NCBI RefSeq assembly: GCF_006345805.1 | Contig: NC_043005.1 | Location: forward strand, 68,324,001-68,388,000 | Direction of reading: 5' to 3' | Source: Octopus sinensis | Lineage: Eukaryota | Length of the DNA stretch: 64,000 nt | Translations under genes and position numbers: made by a program | Notes under the pieces: model-generated | Seen by the model: the letters and a program-made list of their open reading frames with translations, nothing else | What the model was told of the DNA's origin: nothing | Database searches by the model: none | Shown here: piece by piece, positions 27,985 through 42,739 of the stretch | Numbering within the stretch: position 1 is the stretch's first letter | How the letters are laid out: every line of letters starts with the position of its first letter

Positions 27985-28375
27985 GGCGCAGGAGTGGCTG
28001 TGTGGTAAGTAGCTTGCTTACCAACCACATGGTTCCAAGTTCAGTCCCACTGCGTAGCACCTTGGGCAAGTGTCTTCTACTATAGCCTTGGGCCGACCAA
28101 AGCCTTGTGAGTGGATTTGGTAGACAGAAACTGAGAGAAGCCCATCGTATATATGTATATATGTATGTGTATGTGTGTATGTTTGTGTGTCTGTGTGTGT
28201 CCTACAACATCGCTTGACAACCGATGCGGGTGTGTTTACGTCCCCGTAACTGGGCGGTTCGGCAAGAGAGACGCGATAGAATAGGTTTACAAAGAATAAG
28301 TTCTGGCGTCGATTTGCTCGACTAAAGATGGTGCTCCAGCATGGCCGCAGTCAAATGACTGAAAGAAATAAAAGA
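27985..28375 (+). mobile_element. SINE family A
   Basis: Complete head-to-tail family A copy. Confidence 0.9.
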
Positions 28376-28492
28376 AAATTAAAATAAAAAATAACCTTTT
28401 ATGTGCGCGCGTGCGTGTCTTGTGTGTATGCGCAATATACAAATGTACACGCGTACATATATACCAACACAAGCATATATACAAACCCATAT

Positions 28493-28803
28493 GAAGGAGT
28501 GTGACTTAGTTGGTAGGGTGTATGGCTCACGATCGTAAGGTCATGAATTCGATCCCCAGCGGCGCGTTGTGTCCTTGAGCAAGACACTTTATTTCACTTT
28601 ATTTCCTCCAGTTCATTCCGCTGGCAAAATTGAGAAGTACCTGTATTTAAAAAGGCCAACCTTGTCACACTCTGTCACGCTGGATTTCCCTGAGAACTAC
28701 ATTGTATCTATGGAGAGCTCAGCCACTTGGATGCTACTTTTACGAGCAGACTGTTCTGTTGATCAGATCAACTGAAGCACTCGTCGTAACCGACGGACTC
28801 CCA
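28493..28803 (+). mobile_element. tRNA-headed SINE (family D)
   Basis: A and B boxes (TGACTTAGTTGGTAG; GAATTCGATCCCC) then GTGTCCTTGAGCAAGACACTTTATTTCAC, shared with 55440-55776. Confidence 0.75.
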
Positions 28804-28821
28804 GTCAGTTATATATAAATA

Positions 28822-29920
28822 TACTGGGTTGCCAAGAAAGTAATTTCGGCCTTTTAATATGAAATAAAAGTAATTCCTTTTCATACAAAGAATGAACTTT
28901 AATCAATTATATGTTTTCCATTTTGTTTCACGACCTTTTGCCATTTTTTCTGGCAATTTCATGATTCCGCACTAATAGAACTTCTGGTCTTTATCAGCCA
29001 AAAACTGAAGCAAGTGCGATTTCAGGTCGACATAATTATTGAAAATGTTACCACTCAAAGAACTTTTTCAAACTTCGAAATAAGTGGTAATCTGATGGTG
29101 CAAGCTCAGTGCTATATGATGGATGTTACATCACTTCCCAATCAAGCTCCAGTCAGTTTTCACGATTTACCAAAGACGTGTGTAGTCTAGCATTGTCATG
29201 GTGGAACACGATAGCCGTTTTTCTTTGATTGTTTTCTCTAGTTTTATTAGTTGTTGACAGTAAATATTTGAATTGATCGTTTGGTTCCTTAGAAGCAGCG
29301 CAAAATACACAACATCTTTGTAATTCAACGAAATTGACAGCATGACGTTTTTTTGATGCAATTTAGCTTTCAGTGTGGTTTGTGTTGGTCCATTACGCTT
29401 GGGCCATGATCGTTTTCGATTGATGTCTTTCTAGACAATCCATTTTTTCCTCACCAGTGATGATTCGTTGAGTCCAGGACATTTTAAGGGATTTTTCAAT
29501 TGTTGTGTGTGATACAATTACCCCCTCTGCAATCTCTCGCACAGTTATATGACTGACAGATTCAATTATGACTATGATTCGGTCATCATCAACTTCAGTA
29601 GGTCGACCAGAACGTTGGTCAACTTTGAGTGAAAAATCTCCAGAACAGAATTTTCTAAACCATTTCTGACATGTGCGTTCTGGTAAACAATCAACACTAT
29701 AAACTTCACACATCTCTTTGTGAACCTCAGCAGCTTCCTTGCCTATACGGAAATAATAAAGCAAAACATGCGAAAATGTTCGTTTTTGCAATCCATGTTA
29801 AAACTGACACTGAACTAGCAGCTGTAAGCAAAATTACGCGCAATTTGCTTCTAAACTAAGCTAAGGAAAAAAAAATCATAACTCTGTTTGAGAACGAAAT
29901 TACTTTTTGCCAACCCAGTA
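28822..29920 (-). mobile_element. Degenerate mariner (probably mellifera-like) with TIRs and TA duplication, internally deleted
   Basis: TIRs TA-CTGGGTTGCCAAGAAAGTAATTT and (reverse complement) TA-CTGGGTTGGCAAAAAGTAATTT. N-terminal HTH region LLYYFRIGKEAAEVHKEMCEVY...KWFRKFCSGDFSLKVDQRSGRP. Confidence 0.9.
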
Positions 29921-30132
29921 TGTATGTATGTATGTATGTATGTATGTATGTATGTATGTATGTATGTATGTATGTATGTATGTATGTATGTATGTAGTAT
30001 GTATGTATGTATGTGTATGTATATGTGTATGTATGCATGTATGTATGCATGCATACATGCATGCATGTAGGTATGTATGTATGTATATATATACATATAT
30101 AAATATATTGTACATATGTATATTTAGACATC

Positions 30133-30183
<51 letters not shown>

Positions 30184-30186
<3 letters not shown>

Positions 30187-30340
30187 TCTTTACTACCCAC
30201 AAGGGGCTAAACATAGAGGGGACAAACAAAGAGAATAAGTCGATTACATCGACCCAGTGCGAAACTGGTACTTTATTTATCGACCCCGAGAGGATAAAAG
30301 GCAAAGTCATCCTCGGCGGAATTTGAACTCAGAACATAAC
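30184..30340 (-). mobile_element. SINE family B1, partial
   Basis: Reverse complement of the B1 tail and central domain. Confidence 0.8.
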
Positions 30341-30976
30341 GACATATATGTATATATATATAAATATATATATATGTATATATATATGTATATATATATA
30401 TGTATATATATGTATATATATATAAATATCTATATATGCATACATGTATACACACACACATGTATATGCATGCTTGTGTGTATGTATGACACATAGACAT
30501 CTAAAACATACAGGCACGTTCATACACGCGCGCACACACTGATGAATATAGCTTAGTATATTTATCAGTGAGGAATTTTTGCAGTTAATAGAACAAGTGT
30601 GCTTATATGTTCGCATGAGACCTGTATTAGCAAATATCTGAGCGTCACTCCGCTCCTTGTGAAATTTATTTTCCTTCAGAGAATTATTCATAAAAATTGT
30701 TTGTATCCTAGTTCTGTGAAGACAGCCTCAGTAAGTTCCTGTAACCTCCAAGTTCCGTGTCTGTTGCTTCTATACATAAACAGCGCTTTGCCGGGATGAG
30801 ATGGAAGAATAATATTAAAAAATACTTCTTAATATACATAGCACCCGATATATATTTATGTTGTAGAATTTCACACCGAAGAATATTTACATATTGCTTG
30901 TACTTCGAAATAATATTTTCAAGTGTATATATAAAATTAGGCAGCAATTACATACATATACGCGTAGGTGTATGCG

Positions 30977-31021
<45 letters not shown>

Positions 31022-31095
31022 AGCGCGTGCGTATGTCTTTGTGTGTGTGTCAGTGTATCTCTCTTTATATGTATATACATACGTATGTATGTGTG

Positions 31096-31134
<39 letters not shown>

Positions 31135-31576
31135 CTACACCACACACACATATATATATGTATACACACACACACACCTATATAAATATATATGTATGTA
31201 TATAAATAATTATATATATATGTGTGTGTGTGTATGAGTATATGAACAAATATCAATTCCAATATAACGTTTTGACTACAATCTCGTAATATATTGGATG
31301 ATATATTAAGAATTCAGCCATACATATATACATACATACATACATACATACATATACACTCATAGAAAACATATACACACACAATACATATATATCTACA
31401 CACACACAAGTCTGCATATATTTAAGTCAGCAGAAATTGTAAACACAGAGGAGACTATTCTTAAGCGCAAAAGAAAAGTCATAGAGAAAAAAAAAGGATG
31501 TAGTTGGGGCGGATGCAGAACTCTTCAAATTTCAGTAGTCTCAAAATTAAAGGAGCCTATGTCGAAGGTTTCGGAT

Positions 31577-31610
<34 letters not shown>

Positions 31611-32397
31611 ATATATATATATATTATATATAATATACATATATATATATACATATATATACATATATATATATACATATATATACATATATATACATAT
31701 ATATATAATATATATATACATATATATATATACATATAATAATATATATATATTATTACATACATAAATATATATATATACATACAATATAATACATATA
31801 TATAATATATATATATATGCATATATATGTATGTATATATATATATGTAGTATATATATATATATGCATACATATATATATATTTATGAGTACACACTCA
31901 TGTATGTATATATTTATATATGCGAAGACACTAAGAATATCCACATGTACGCGCAAACATACCCCTCCCATTCAACCACACACTTACACACACAAACACA
32001 CATATGTAAATATACTTTTATACACATGTATGTAGGAATATGTATGTGTGCGCGTATAATATAAGCATCTGAGAGACACATATGAGTTAGAGAGGTTAAA
32101 GAGGATGTATATGTATATAAACATACACACACATGTACGCACACGCACACACACACGTACACACACTTATATATATTCGTATGTACATGCATAAAACACA
32201 GACATATTAATTTATATATATATATATAATATATATAAACAGTGGAGGAGAAGGTGTATATAGATATATATAAATATATATTCATAGTATATATGAATAT
32301 ATATTGTATATATATATATGCATATACATATATGCGTACATATATATATTATATATTATATATATATATATATTTATATATATAAATATATATATTA

Positions 32398-32430
<33 letters not shown>

Positions 32431-32892
32431 ATATTTATATATATTAATATATATATATTATATATATAATATATATATATATATCTATATATATAAAGGA
32501 GAGAGAGAGTGAGAGAGAGAAGAGAGAGAGAGAGAGAATGAGAGCGACCATAGTTTAAGATAGTTGGCTTGTGTCTAGAAAGAATAGAGGAAATTGGTTG
32601 AAAGAGGGGAGGAAATGTATGGGTGTTTTTCCTAAGCTACAACTCTCCGCAGACAGCCGAAATCACTTTGAAGTTGTTCAGTCAAATTTATTACTTAATA
32701 AATCACACAGGATTTTAGCTGCTGATGTACAGTAGTAAAGAGTGGTTTGTCTTCATTATTCCCGCTCTACACAGATATCATTAGAATGCTGTTAAACGTT
32801 GTTGCTGATAATGTTCTTATTGTATTGGGCATCGTTGTTCAACCTCCCTCTCTGTTGCATACACATGTACCAACGTTCATATATACGTATAC

Positions 32893-32923
<31 letters not shown>

Positions 32924-33209
32924 ATATATAAGTGTAAAGAGATGCATTTTTACATATACATGCATACATCTACATGCATACGTAGATTATATTTGCAATA
33001 AACAGGATAAAAAATACTCAATACTGAATGTAGGCTATAATTATTATTATTATTATTATTCCCACGAAAGAACGGTTCTGTTTGAAGTCGCGGATTTACA
33101 AGCTTACTAAAACGCCATCTGAAAGTACTATTTCTTATTACACAGTACACCGTGCTACCGCGTTAAGAAGCGAGCGTGTAAACGAGAAAATTTAAGTAAT
33201 GGCACCGAT

Positions 33210-33232
33210 CGAATGCTCAGCTCGAATGTATG

Positions 33233-33264
<32 letters not shown>

Positions 33265-33270
33265 TGTATG

Positions 33271-33302
<32 letters not shown>

Positions 33303-33879
33303 CATGTATGTATGCATGTACGTATGTATACATGTATGCATCTATGCATGCAAGTATGTACGCGTGTATGCATATATATGTGTATATATGTGTGTGAGTG
33401 TGTATATTTATGTATGTATATATATTATTTATATATATATTATATATATATATATCTTGTATATATATATATTATTTATAATATATAATCTTGTATATAT
33501 ATATAGATACATATATATATATATATATATACATACATATATATATATACATACATATATATATATATATCTATACATATATATATATTATATATATATT
33601 ATATATATACATACATACATACATATATATACATACATACATATTATATTTATACATAATACATACATATATATATATATACCATACATACATATATAAT
33701 ATAATAATATACATACATACATATATATATATACATACATTATATATATATATTACATACATATATAATACATACATATATATATATATATATACTACAT
33801 ATATATATATATATACAATATATATATATACATTATAGTATATATATATACATACATATATATATATATATATACTACA

Positions 33880-33913
<34 letters not shown>

Positions 33914-34119
33914 CTATATATATATATATATATTACATATATATATATATATACATTATATTATATATATATATACATATATATATATATACATTATATA
34001 ATATATACTATATATATATATATACATATATATATATACATATATATATATATACATATATATATACATATATATATATATATCTACATATAATATATAT
34101 ATACATATATAAACATACA

Positions 34120-34150
<31 letters not shown>

Positions 34151-34200
34151 TACATATATATATATATATATATAACATATATATATATATATATATATAC

Positions 34201-34256
<56 letters not shown>

Positions 34257-34302
34257 TATATATATATACATATATATATTATTACATATATATATATATA
34301 CA

Positions 34303-34352
<50 letters not shown>

Positions 34353-34429
34353 TTATATATATTACATATATATATATATACATATATATATATAATATTA
34401 TATATATATACATATATATATTATTATAT

Positions 34430-34522
<93 letters not shown>

Positions 34523-34530
34523 ATACATAC
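33210..34530. repeat. Very long (TATG)n/(TA)n-derived tract
   Basis: Directly visible; continues at 36027-36400 on the other side of the LINE. Confidence 0.95.
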
Positions 34531-34533
34531 ATA

Positions 34534-36026
34534 TGATTGATTGATTGATGATTGATTCCAGTCCAGCTATGAGCTGTGGCCATGCTGGGCACCGCCATTT
34601 GGTGTTGCTACTTGGTTTTACTCATGGAGGCTTTCTAGCAACTGCTATTGTTGTGCATGAGAGAGTTCGATTGCAGCTGCCCTCATTGCCCCTCCTGCGT
34701 GAAGTTGGTTCTCTGGGACACTGACAGGAAGAGATCCAGCTTTCTTTTAAAGACTCTGTATCCACCCCATGCAGGTCTCTCAGGTTCTTCGGGAGGATAT
34801 TGAAGAGCTGTGGGCCCGGAAGCCCAGGCTATCACAGAATTGTCCTACATCTTGATGGCAGTTTGGAGTCCTAGGCACCACGCAGTGGCGCCCAGTTCTG
34901 GCATTTGTGTAACTCTCGATGCCAAAGTTCAGGACACTTCCCTCCAGGTCTTCCAGATGTATATTATGGCATAATCTTTCCCGCCTACGCTCCAGGAGTA
35001 TAATTTTAATCTCTTGAGTCTTTCCAGTAGCTTACATTCTGCATAGAGGCTATCTTCTTTGTGTAGCTTCGTTGGATCGCCTCAAGTTCTGTGATCAACT
35101 TGACACTGGATGGTGACCATAGCGAGAGCATAGTCAAAGTGGCTTAGGACAAGTGTCTTCCAGAGGACCATCATGGTTTCTTGTTCTCTTGTTCTAAAGG
35201 TTCTAAGAATCCAGCCAGCCCAGCGTCTACATTTCACTGCAGTTTAGCAACATGTACATGAAAAGGTCGCGTCATCACTCATGTGAATACCCAGGTCACG
35301 CACTGATTGTGCCTCTGGGATTGCAATCCCTCCGGGTCCAGTGTATTCAATGGGGTATTGCATTCAATTTTGCATGCTGATAGTATAAAGCTTGAACTTT
35401 CCAGCATTGAACTGCATGCCTATTCTTTTCAGCCCACTTGTATATTTCGTCCAGCTCACATTGCAGGTTTTAGTGTCCTCAGGGTTCTGTATTGCCTGTG
35501 AAACTTTTGTATCATCTGTATAACTTGTGATCGTGGATCTCTGCGTGGCTGAGGGCATGTCTGAGAGGGCCATTATGAACAGTAGTGGTCCCAAAACAGT
35601 GCCCTGTGGAACACCACTCATATTTTGACGTGTTATGGAAGTGGCCCCATTGGCTACTACCACCTGACTTCTATTCTTCAGAAAGTCGTGAAGCCATTTC
35701 CCTAGTTTTCCAACTATGCCAAGATCACGCGCCTGTGAATATCATTCCGTGATCGACTTATCGAAGGCCTTTGCGAAGTCGAGATATATGACTTCCACAT
35801 TTGAGTGGTTGAGCAGTTCGTTGTTTCAGCACCCAGTCATAGTGCTGCAGGAGCTGAGTTAAGCAGCTTCTTCCTGGTCGGAAACCATGTTGGGTGTCAG
35901 GCAGCAAGTCATTTTCTTCAAGGAAGGTGATAGTTTCCTTATGACTATTCGTTCCATGACCTTGCTGATGTGTGAGGTCAGAGAGATAGGTCTGTAGTTC
36001 TTTGCCTCCGCTCTGCTACCTCCTTT
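34534..36026 (-). mobile_element. 5'-truncated CR1/L2-group LINE (RT domain to 3' UTR, (AATC)n tail), frameshifted
   Basis: KGGSRAEAKNYRPISLTSHISKVMERI, HGFRPGRSC, YLDFAKAFD, SGVPQGTVLGPLLF and YTDDT motifs. 3' UTR shared with 47398-47781. Confidence 0.93.
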
Positions 36027-36029
36027 ATA

Positions 36030-36063
<34 letters not shown>

Positions 36064-36195
36064 GATATAATATAACATATATATATATTATACATATATT
36101 ATATACATATATATATATATATATATGATACCTATATAATATATATATATACACATATATAAATATATACATATATATATACTATATATATATAC

Positions 36196-36246
<51 letters not shown>

Positions 36247-37841
36247 CATATATTATATATATCTACTATATATATATATAACATATATATAAGATATATA
36301 CATAATATATCTATAATATACATCTATAATATATATACATAGATAATATATACATCTATATATATATATAGATATATATATATATAATATATATATATAC
36401 ACCAAGTGGCCGCAGTTAATGACTGAAAACAAGTAAAGAATGATATATATAATTATATCTATATAATATATATATATATATATATATGGGTGATCATGGT
36501 ATTCACGCATGAGATAATTAAGAACCTCTTTAATCTCTAGTGAACGCTGGGCCAGTGCAAGTGACATGACAATTAAGAAAGTCTTATTAATGACCTCTTT
36601 TGATATGTGTGTTTATTTATTTATATATTCATTTAATTATTTACTTTCGAATGTCGCATAAATTCATTTAACCTCGTGAATTCTCATTCAAAATGGAGAC
36701 AAATACCAACACTCCCTAGTGGATTACTTGAATAAATGTGGAGACTCTCTCCACTGGAAGCCATTTGTTGTCTTGGTAATCAACAAATAAACTATATGAA
36801 TATAATATAATATCGAGCTGTAAGAATGAGTGTGTTGTTATAGCTGTAAATAAATATTAACAAAACTACCAATGGTTTCATGCAAAAAGATCTTTACGGT
36901 TGTCTACGAGAACCACATGAAAGTATCGGTAATTGTCTCTATTCTGAATCCGAATAACTCGTGAATTCTCGTCCAAACTTGAGACTAGCACCAATACTTC
37001 CATGTGTCACACTTGAACATCTGTGAAGGCCTCTTCCCAGGAAACCATTGATTGCCTTGTTAACCCACAAATAAAGTTTATACTTATACATACATACATA
37101 AATACATATATGCATACATGCATACATATAAATATGTATATATATATATATATGCATATATATATATATATGTATATATGTCTATGTATATATATATATA
37201 TATATATACATACACACACACTGATATATATATATATTTATGTATGCATACGTACATATATACATAAAAACACATGCATACATATACATACTCATACACA
37301 TAGACACACACATAACTGCTCATGTTGTGGAGTATGGAGTGTATTGTAACTGACTGGTTATCGCGTGACTCGAATTTCTCGCATCTATGATCATTAGGCG
37401 AGAATTGTTATGATTCGGCTTGGTTCTATGCTTGTCGGCATTTGTATGATTGTTCATTTGTGTCTTTTCATTAATTTCCTTACCGAGTTTCTTTATTCTT
37501 TGCTTGCTCCTCTCCATGAGTTACAATATATACATATATATATAACAATGGGTGATCATGAGTATGCATGCGTAATATATATATATATTAATAAATAAAA
37601 TAAAACATATGCATATATATAAACATATATGTACGTACCTACCTCTACATGTACATATACACGCATATATGAGTACAGGAACAAAAGGACGTCGAACACA
37701 ATGAGAGAACGAAAACATAGACACAAACCAAGGAACTGGACATTTATTTAAAAACAGCAAAAAAATAGAGTACAGGACAATTAACACAAAGAAAAACCCC
37801 TTCTTCAGTCGCTAAAGGTTTCATCTACTCTAAGTTTCGAA

Positions 37842-37875
<34 letters not shown>

Positions 37876-38039
37876 TAGCTGGTGTACCAGGTAACTCGCG
37901 GAGGTAAAGATATTCTATTGAAACGCCTTATTATTCTGATATAAGAAAGTAATTTCGTTATAACTGCCACAAAGGGTGTAATTTCCGTCACGAAACAGTA
38001 CAAAAAAACACGTTTAGCTGGAGGAGGGAGAGACTGTTA

Positions 38040-38123
38040 GAGGTTGGCGAGAGAGGTTTTCGGAGGTCGGCGAGAAAGATTGTTGGATGTTGGTGAGAGA
38101 GTTTGTCGGAGGCTGGCGAGAGG
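38040..38123. repeat. 23-bp minisatellite (about 3.7 copies) inside the Helitron
   Basis: GAGGTTGGCGAGAGAGGTTTTCG / GAGGTCGGCGAGAAAGATTGTTG / GATGTTGGTGAGAGAGTTTGTCG / GAGGCTGGCGAGAGG. Confidence 0.85.
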
Positions 38124-38907
38124 CAAAGACATTATTCTGCTTAGCGAAGGCATATGGGAAACGTATAACTGCTGTCATTCACAGAAAATCTAATTTTTTA
38201 CCGTGAGAAAAGTGCTGTTGAAGTGTTGTGAAATTTGGCAATCGAGGGTCGAATCCACGCAATGCCTGCATTAAACCACTACAAATACGTCGTGGAATAA
38301 ACATTTATCTACTGTTATGGAAAATATGTAATTGTAAAAATGAGGTATTATCGGAGAAACGGGCATTCAATAAAGTATGTATGTATAGAAATGTATGAAT
38401 GAAGTCATTAAGGTGTAAGATTGAAATTAAGGAAGTGCAATAATAATGTTTAGCAGTTCAAAAAAGTGAGTAGTGAAATGCAGAATTAGGTCGAGCTCAA
38501 CAAAAATATTTAGCGGCATTTAATTTGGCTTAATCTTTTTTGAGTTCAAATCCCGCCGGAGTCGACATTGCCTTTTTATGTGATTGATGTAAACGTAACC
38601 CCTTTCCCTGAAACTGCTGGCCTTATATCAACATTTGAAAACCAATATATTTTTACAGTAGTTACTGATATTCATGTTATATTGTAAGTTTTGTTTCTTT
38701 GCGTTGTTATTGCTGTAGTTTTGGGAAAATTAAAGCTCTTTCAGTTCAAGTAAAAAAAAAAACAAACAAACACCAAAGAAAGAAAAAAACACTCGTCAAT
38801 TACACACAGTCCCTCTAAAGCGGACATCAATAAATTCTACCCTTTTCCATAGAAAGGGATTTTAAGTCTTAAGAAAGAGACAGTCTTCTCAATACTGGGG
38901 ATGTTTA

Positions 38908-39120
38908 AGGCGGCGGACTGGCAGAATAGTTAGCAAGCCAGGCAAAATACTTAACGGCATTCCGTCCTTGTTTACGTTCTCAGTTCACATTCTGCCGAGG
39001 TCGACTTCACTTTTCATCCCTTCGAGGTCGATAAAATAAGTACCGGTTGAGTACTGGGGTCGTTAACATCGATCTTCTTCCTCTCCAGAAATTTCTGGCT
39101 TTGTGCCAAAGATTGAAATT
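38908..39120 (+). mobile_element. SINE family B2 inside the Helitron
   Basis: GGCGGCGGACTGGCAGAATAGTTAG head, central domain and B2 tail. Confidence 0.85.
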
Positions 39121-40083
39121 TTCATTGGAGATATTAAATGCATTACTACCTAGGAGAGTGTATAGTTTATTTTGCATATTCTACCATCAATAAACAGGTA
39201 GGGGAGTGTTTGAGAAAGGTTTAGCGTCAATAAGACCTTGAATATCAGTAACAGTCTAAAGTAAGAATACTAATTAAAAAAAGAAAAATCCTGCAAAACA
39301 TCATCAGGAGCAAGAAAAGAAATTGCAAACACGCCTAACTGAACAATAATATCAACAGCAACGTCTGTAGCAAACGCAACACAAATGGAAATACTATATG
39401 CGCTATGTATTGTGTTCAATGTCTGAACACTAAGAATAATTAATTTTTTATTGAATTTAACAACTTCAATACACAAAACGATTCGCTTGTAGAAACAGAC
39501 AACAGAGAATTCAATGGAAGGATATCTGATAGTTTTTCTTTCTTATGATATCAATGACAGAGACGTAAGGGCAGCATCCATTAATATGAACGGTTCCGCC
39601 AACGGTCTTCCACTGGATTTACATGATACGTACTATAACAAATCTATCCATTTTCGATGGAGGCATAAAAAGAAAGGAGAGAAGTCATAACAGCAGTATG
39701 TATTGAGAAATGTGTAAATAGTCTTGATAGATTACTGGGTGACGTCTAAGAGAAATCACATTATTGTTGGGGATACAACATTCTATTGCAGCTATATGAC
39801 GTGTGTTTGCGGCTAAGTAACATGTGATGACAATTCACTCCTGAACAGAAATATGGGTTCCCAGCCTCTGTATCATGAATGGTTATGTGGACCACTCCTA
39901 ATGAAAGCCAGAGTTTCCTTCGACCATTACATAAAAATAAAAAAAAATAAATGGTATTTAGATATACTTTTATTTTAGTTGTTTACACTATTTTACGCTT
40001 ATTTATACTCTTTATACATTCAAAGTTCACAAATTTCCTTATTTGAATTTTGAATCATATTCCTTTCGATAACATCAATTTGA

Positions 40084-40260
40084 TTACAAAACTTCTTTGT
40101 AGACGATATTTTCTGTTTGGTCGACACTAATTTCCAAATTACTGGAGTTCGTTATTCTACTCATAGTGACGTATAACTGGCCGTGTGTAAACATCGGAGT
40201 GGATAAAAATACACTAACAAGATCTAAAGTCTGGCCTTGTGCCTTGTTTGTTGTGAATGC
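40084..40260 (-). pseudogene. Helitron Rep-helicase (PIF1-type) C-terminal remnant
   Basis: AFTTNKAQGQTLDLVSVFLSTPMFTHGQLYVTMSRITNSSNLEISVDQTENIVYKEVL* matches the Helitron motifs MTINKAQGQTL, FTHGQLYVA.SR and T.NIVYKEVL. Confidence 0.9.
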
Positions 40261-41104
40261 TCAAGCGGAATCTTTTGGGTTGCAAAAAATCAAGCTAAGA
40301 CTTACCTCTCACTGTTCTGTGCAAATGATGTCTGGATGTTCTGGAACCATGGGTTATTTTAATTGCCAAAACTGAGATGTAAAAAAACAGCCGCTTCGAT
40401 TAACCGTTTCGAATCCTGCTCGAGACTGGCACACTTCATTAACCACCAAATAATCACACACACATTATATACTGACACACACTTTTTCCCATTTTATTTC
40501 CACACTAACCGTCCTAGCAACCCCCTTCGTATCTACTATGGGGCCACGAATTATGCCATGAAAATCTTGAGTTTCTCTCGAGGTCAGTGAATTCTTAATA
40601 AAAAGTGCGAAGGTGGTTTGTCAATTCAAAAATCTATATTCACGAAACAATCATACTTTCTGATTTATTTTTAATGCTATAAACCTTCCTGATGAACGTC
40701 TTTGTAATCCCGAAAAACATCGTAACCATTGGTCCAGCCGTGAAGAGGGAACAGACAAAGAGACGGACATAACGCCCATAATAGTAAGATAGCAAATCTG
40801 CCCATCTACGACGGGAAATAAAGAGATAGTATCGCAAATCTAAACCCTCTAAATCCTCTAAATAAGAATTCATAGGTTGATTTACTAATACAAAACTCAA
40901 TATCCACTAAATAATCATACTTTTTCACATATTTTCGCTAAAAATCTTCGTAATCCCGAAAAACATCGGGACCAGTCGTCCAGTCATTTGACCGTGAAAG
41001 AGGAACAGACAGACGGACATAATGCCCGTTATAGTAAGATAATGCCAAGCAATGGAATAGAACTCGGAACCACGTAATTGTGAAACGAACTCTACTGTAA
41101 AGAT

Positions 41105-41535
41105 ATTGATTTTTAGATTTTGGCACAAGGCCAAAACTTTTGGGGTAGGTAGGTACTAGTACATTGATCTCTAGAGTCCAACTGGCCCTTATCTCATCAA
41201 AGGCATCCACGGCGGAATTTGAACTCAGAACGTAAAGATGGACCATATACTTATCAGCATATTGCCTGGCATGCTAACTATTCTTCCCGCTCGCCGCCTC
41301 ATACAGTAAAGATAGTGATTTCAAATTTTGGCACAAGGCCAGCAAGTTCGCCGGGTGGGTAAGTCGATTGCATGGACGCCAATGTTTAAATTGGTATGTA
41401 TTTTATCGACCCAGAAAGCATAAAAGGCAAAGACAAAGTCAACCTCGACGGGATTGGAACTCAGAGCATAGAGACAGACGAAATACCACTAAGCATTTCG
41501 CCCGGCGTGCTAGCGATTCTGCCAGCTCTCCGTCT
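41105..41535 (-). mobile_element. Two adjacent degenerate SINE B2 copies
   Basis: Two reverse-complement B2 tails (TTTTGGCACAAGGCC) and heads (GCCAGCTC / CCCGCTCGCCGCC). Confidence 0.75.
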
Positions 41536-42739
41536 TATACACTAAAGATATTGACAAATGAATATAGTGTATGGCTCTCATTCGTAAGATGCTATGACGC
41601 TATCAAACTGAGCGGTCTCTATGCGCAGAGAAAAAATAACGTTTGTTTGATTTACAAATTTTTGCTTCAGGAAAAACTACCTATTCTCAAGAAAAAAAAA
41701 TTGAATCCATATACAGAATTGGATCTTATTTGTAAAGGATAAGTGAGAACGTTATTGGTTGTTTTAAACGAAATGTTACATTACGAAGAAATAGATAAAT
41801 AAACATGATTTTAGGAATAGATTGAAAACAAGAATGGTATTGGAAGGAAAATATATAAAAAATGGGATGAGCTTCGATTTATTTTAGTTTTTGAATGAGT
41901 TGCATGATTGAAAAGATATCGTTTGAATGCATGGAGATTTTGTTTTGGAGAATGAATAGGAGGAAACCGAGTTTAAATAGCGAAATGCTAAGGGCACTTA
42001 TTGCCAAGAGAATATTGATTTACAAGTTGTATGAATAAAGGCTGAAAGCTAAAGAAGTTTGAAACCCCTTCTTCATAAAACGGAAAAATAAACAAACAAA
42101 ACAAAGACAAACATGCAATAAACAAGAGCAAAACAACAACAAAAAAATGTCGAGCAACGGAATGCAAACAACTCCTTCCTCCGATAAACGGAAGAAAACA
42201 AATAGAAAAATATCGGCAAAAATCAAGTAGATCAGATTGATAATTTTATAATATATAACTGGGAATTGTGGTGGGGGAAAAAAACCATTCGATTTATCAA
42301 TGTGATATTGGCTTCCTAGTTATGTTATTTTAGTTATGGATTTTATAAACTATGGCAGATGACACTGAAGAGTATTTTAATATCTCTCCAAGTAAGCACA
42401 GAACGCTGCTAGACGAATCAATAGCGTACCAGGAACCTATTATGAGGGTTGTAAGTTCACATACTATGAATGCATTCTTGAAGAAAATACTTACTTAGCT
42501 TGTGGGGGATGGGTTTATATATATATGTATATATATGTATATGTGTATACACACATATATAAAACTCTTGTTTCAGTCATTAGACTGCCATGCTGGGGGT
42601 AGCGCATTGAAGAATGTTGATCGAATAAATCCACTTGACAGCTTATTTTTCAAGTGATAGTGTCGCACAAACACAGACACAAACTCACACACTGATATAT
42701 ATATATATATATATATCAGTTTCTCTGTACGAAACTGAA

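Larger units (their letters stand above)
37875..41039 (-). mobile_element. Internally deleted Helitron: 5' TC at 41039, 3' CTAG at 37875, inserted between A and T
   Basis: Minus strand starts A|TCTTACTATAACGGGCATTATGTCCGTCTGTCTG, ends ...CTGGTACACCAGCTAG|T, and contains a same-strand helicase C-terminal remnant at 40084-40260. That both ends belong to one element is inferred. Confidence 0.7.

Noticed and set aside
37795-37845. Possible type-II hammerhead on the minus strand (GAAA...CUGAAGA)
   Set aside because: Stems I and III cannot be paired convincingly.
39270-39476. 68-aa protein-like ORF inside the Helitron
   Set aside because: No recognisable motif or splice context; left as unexplained cargo.
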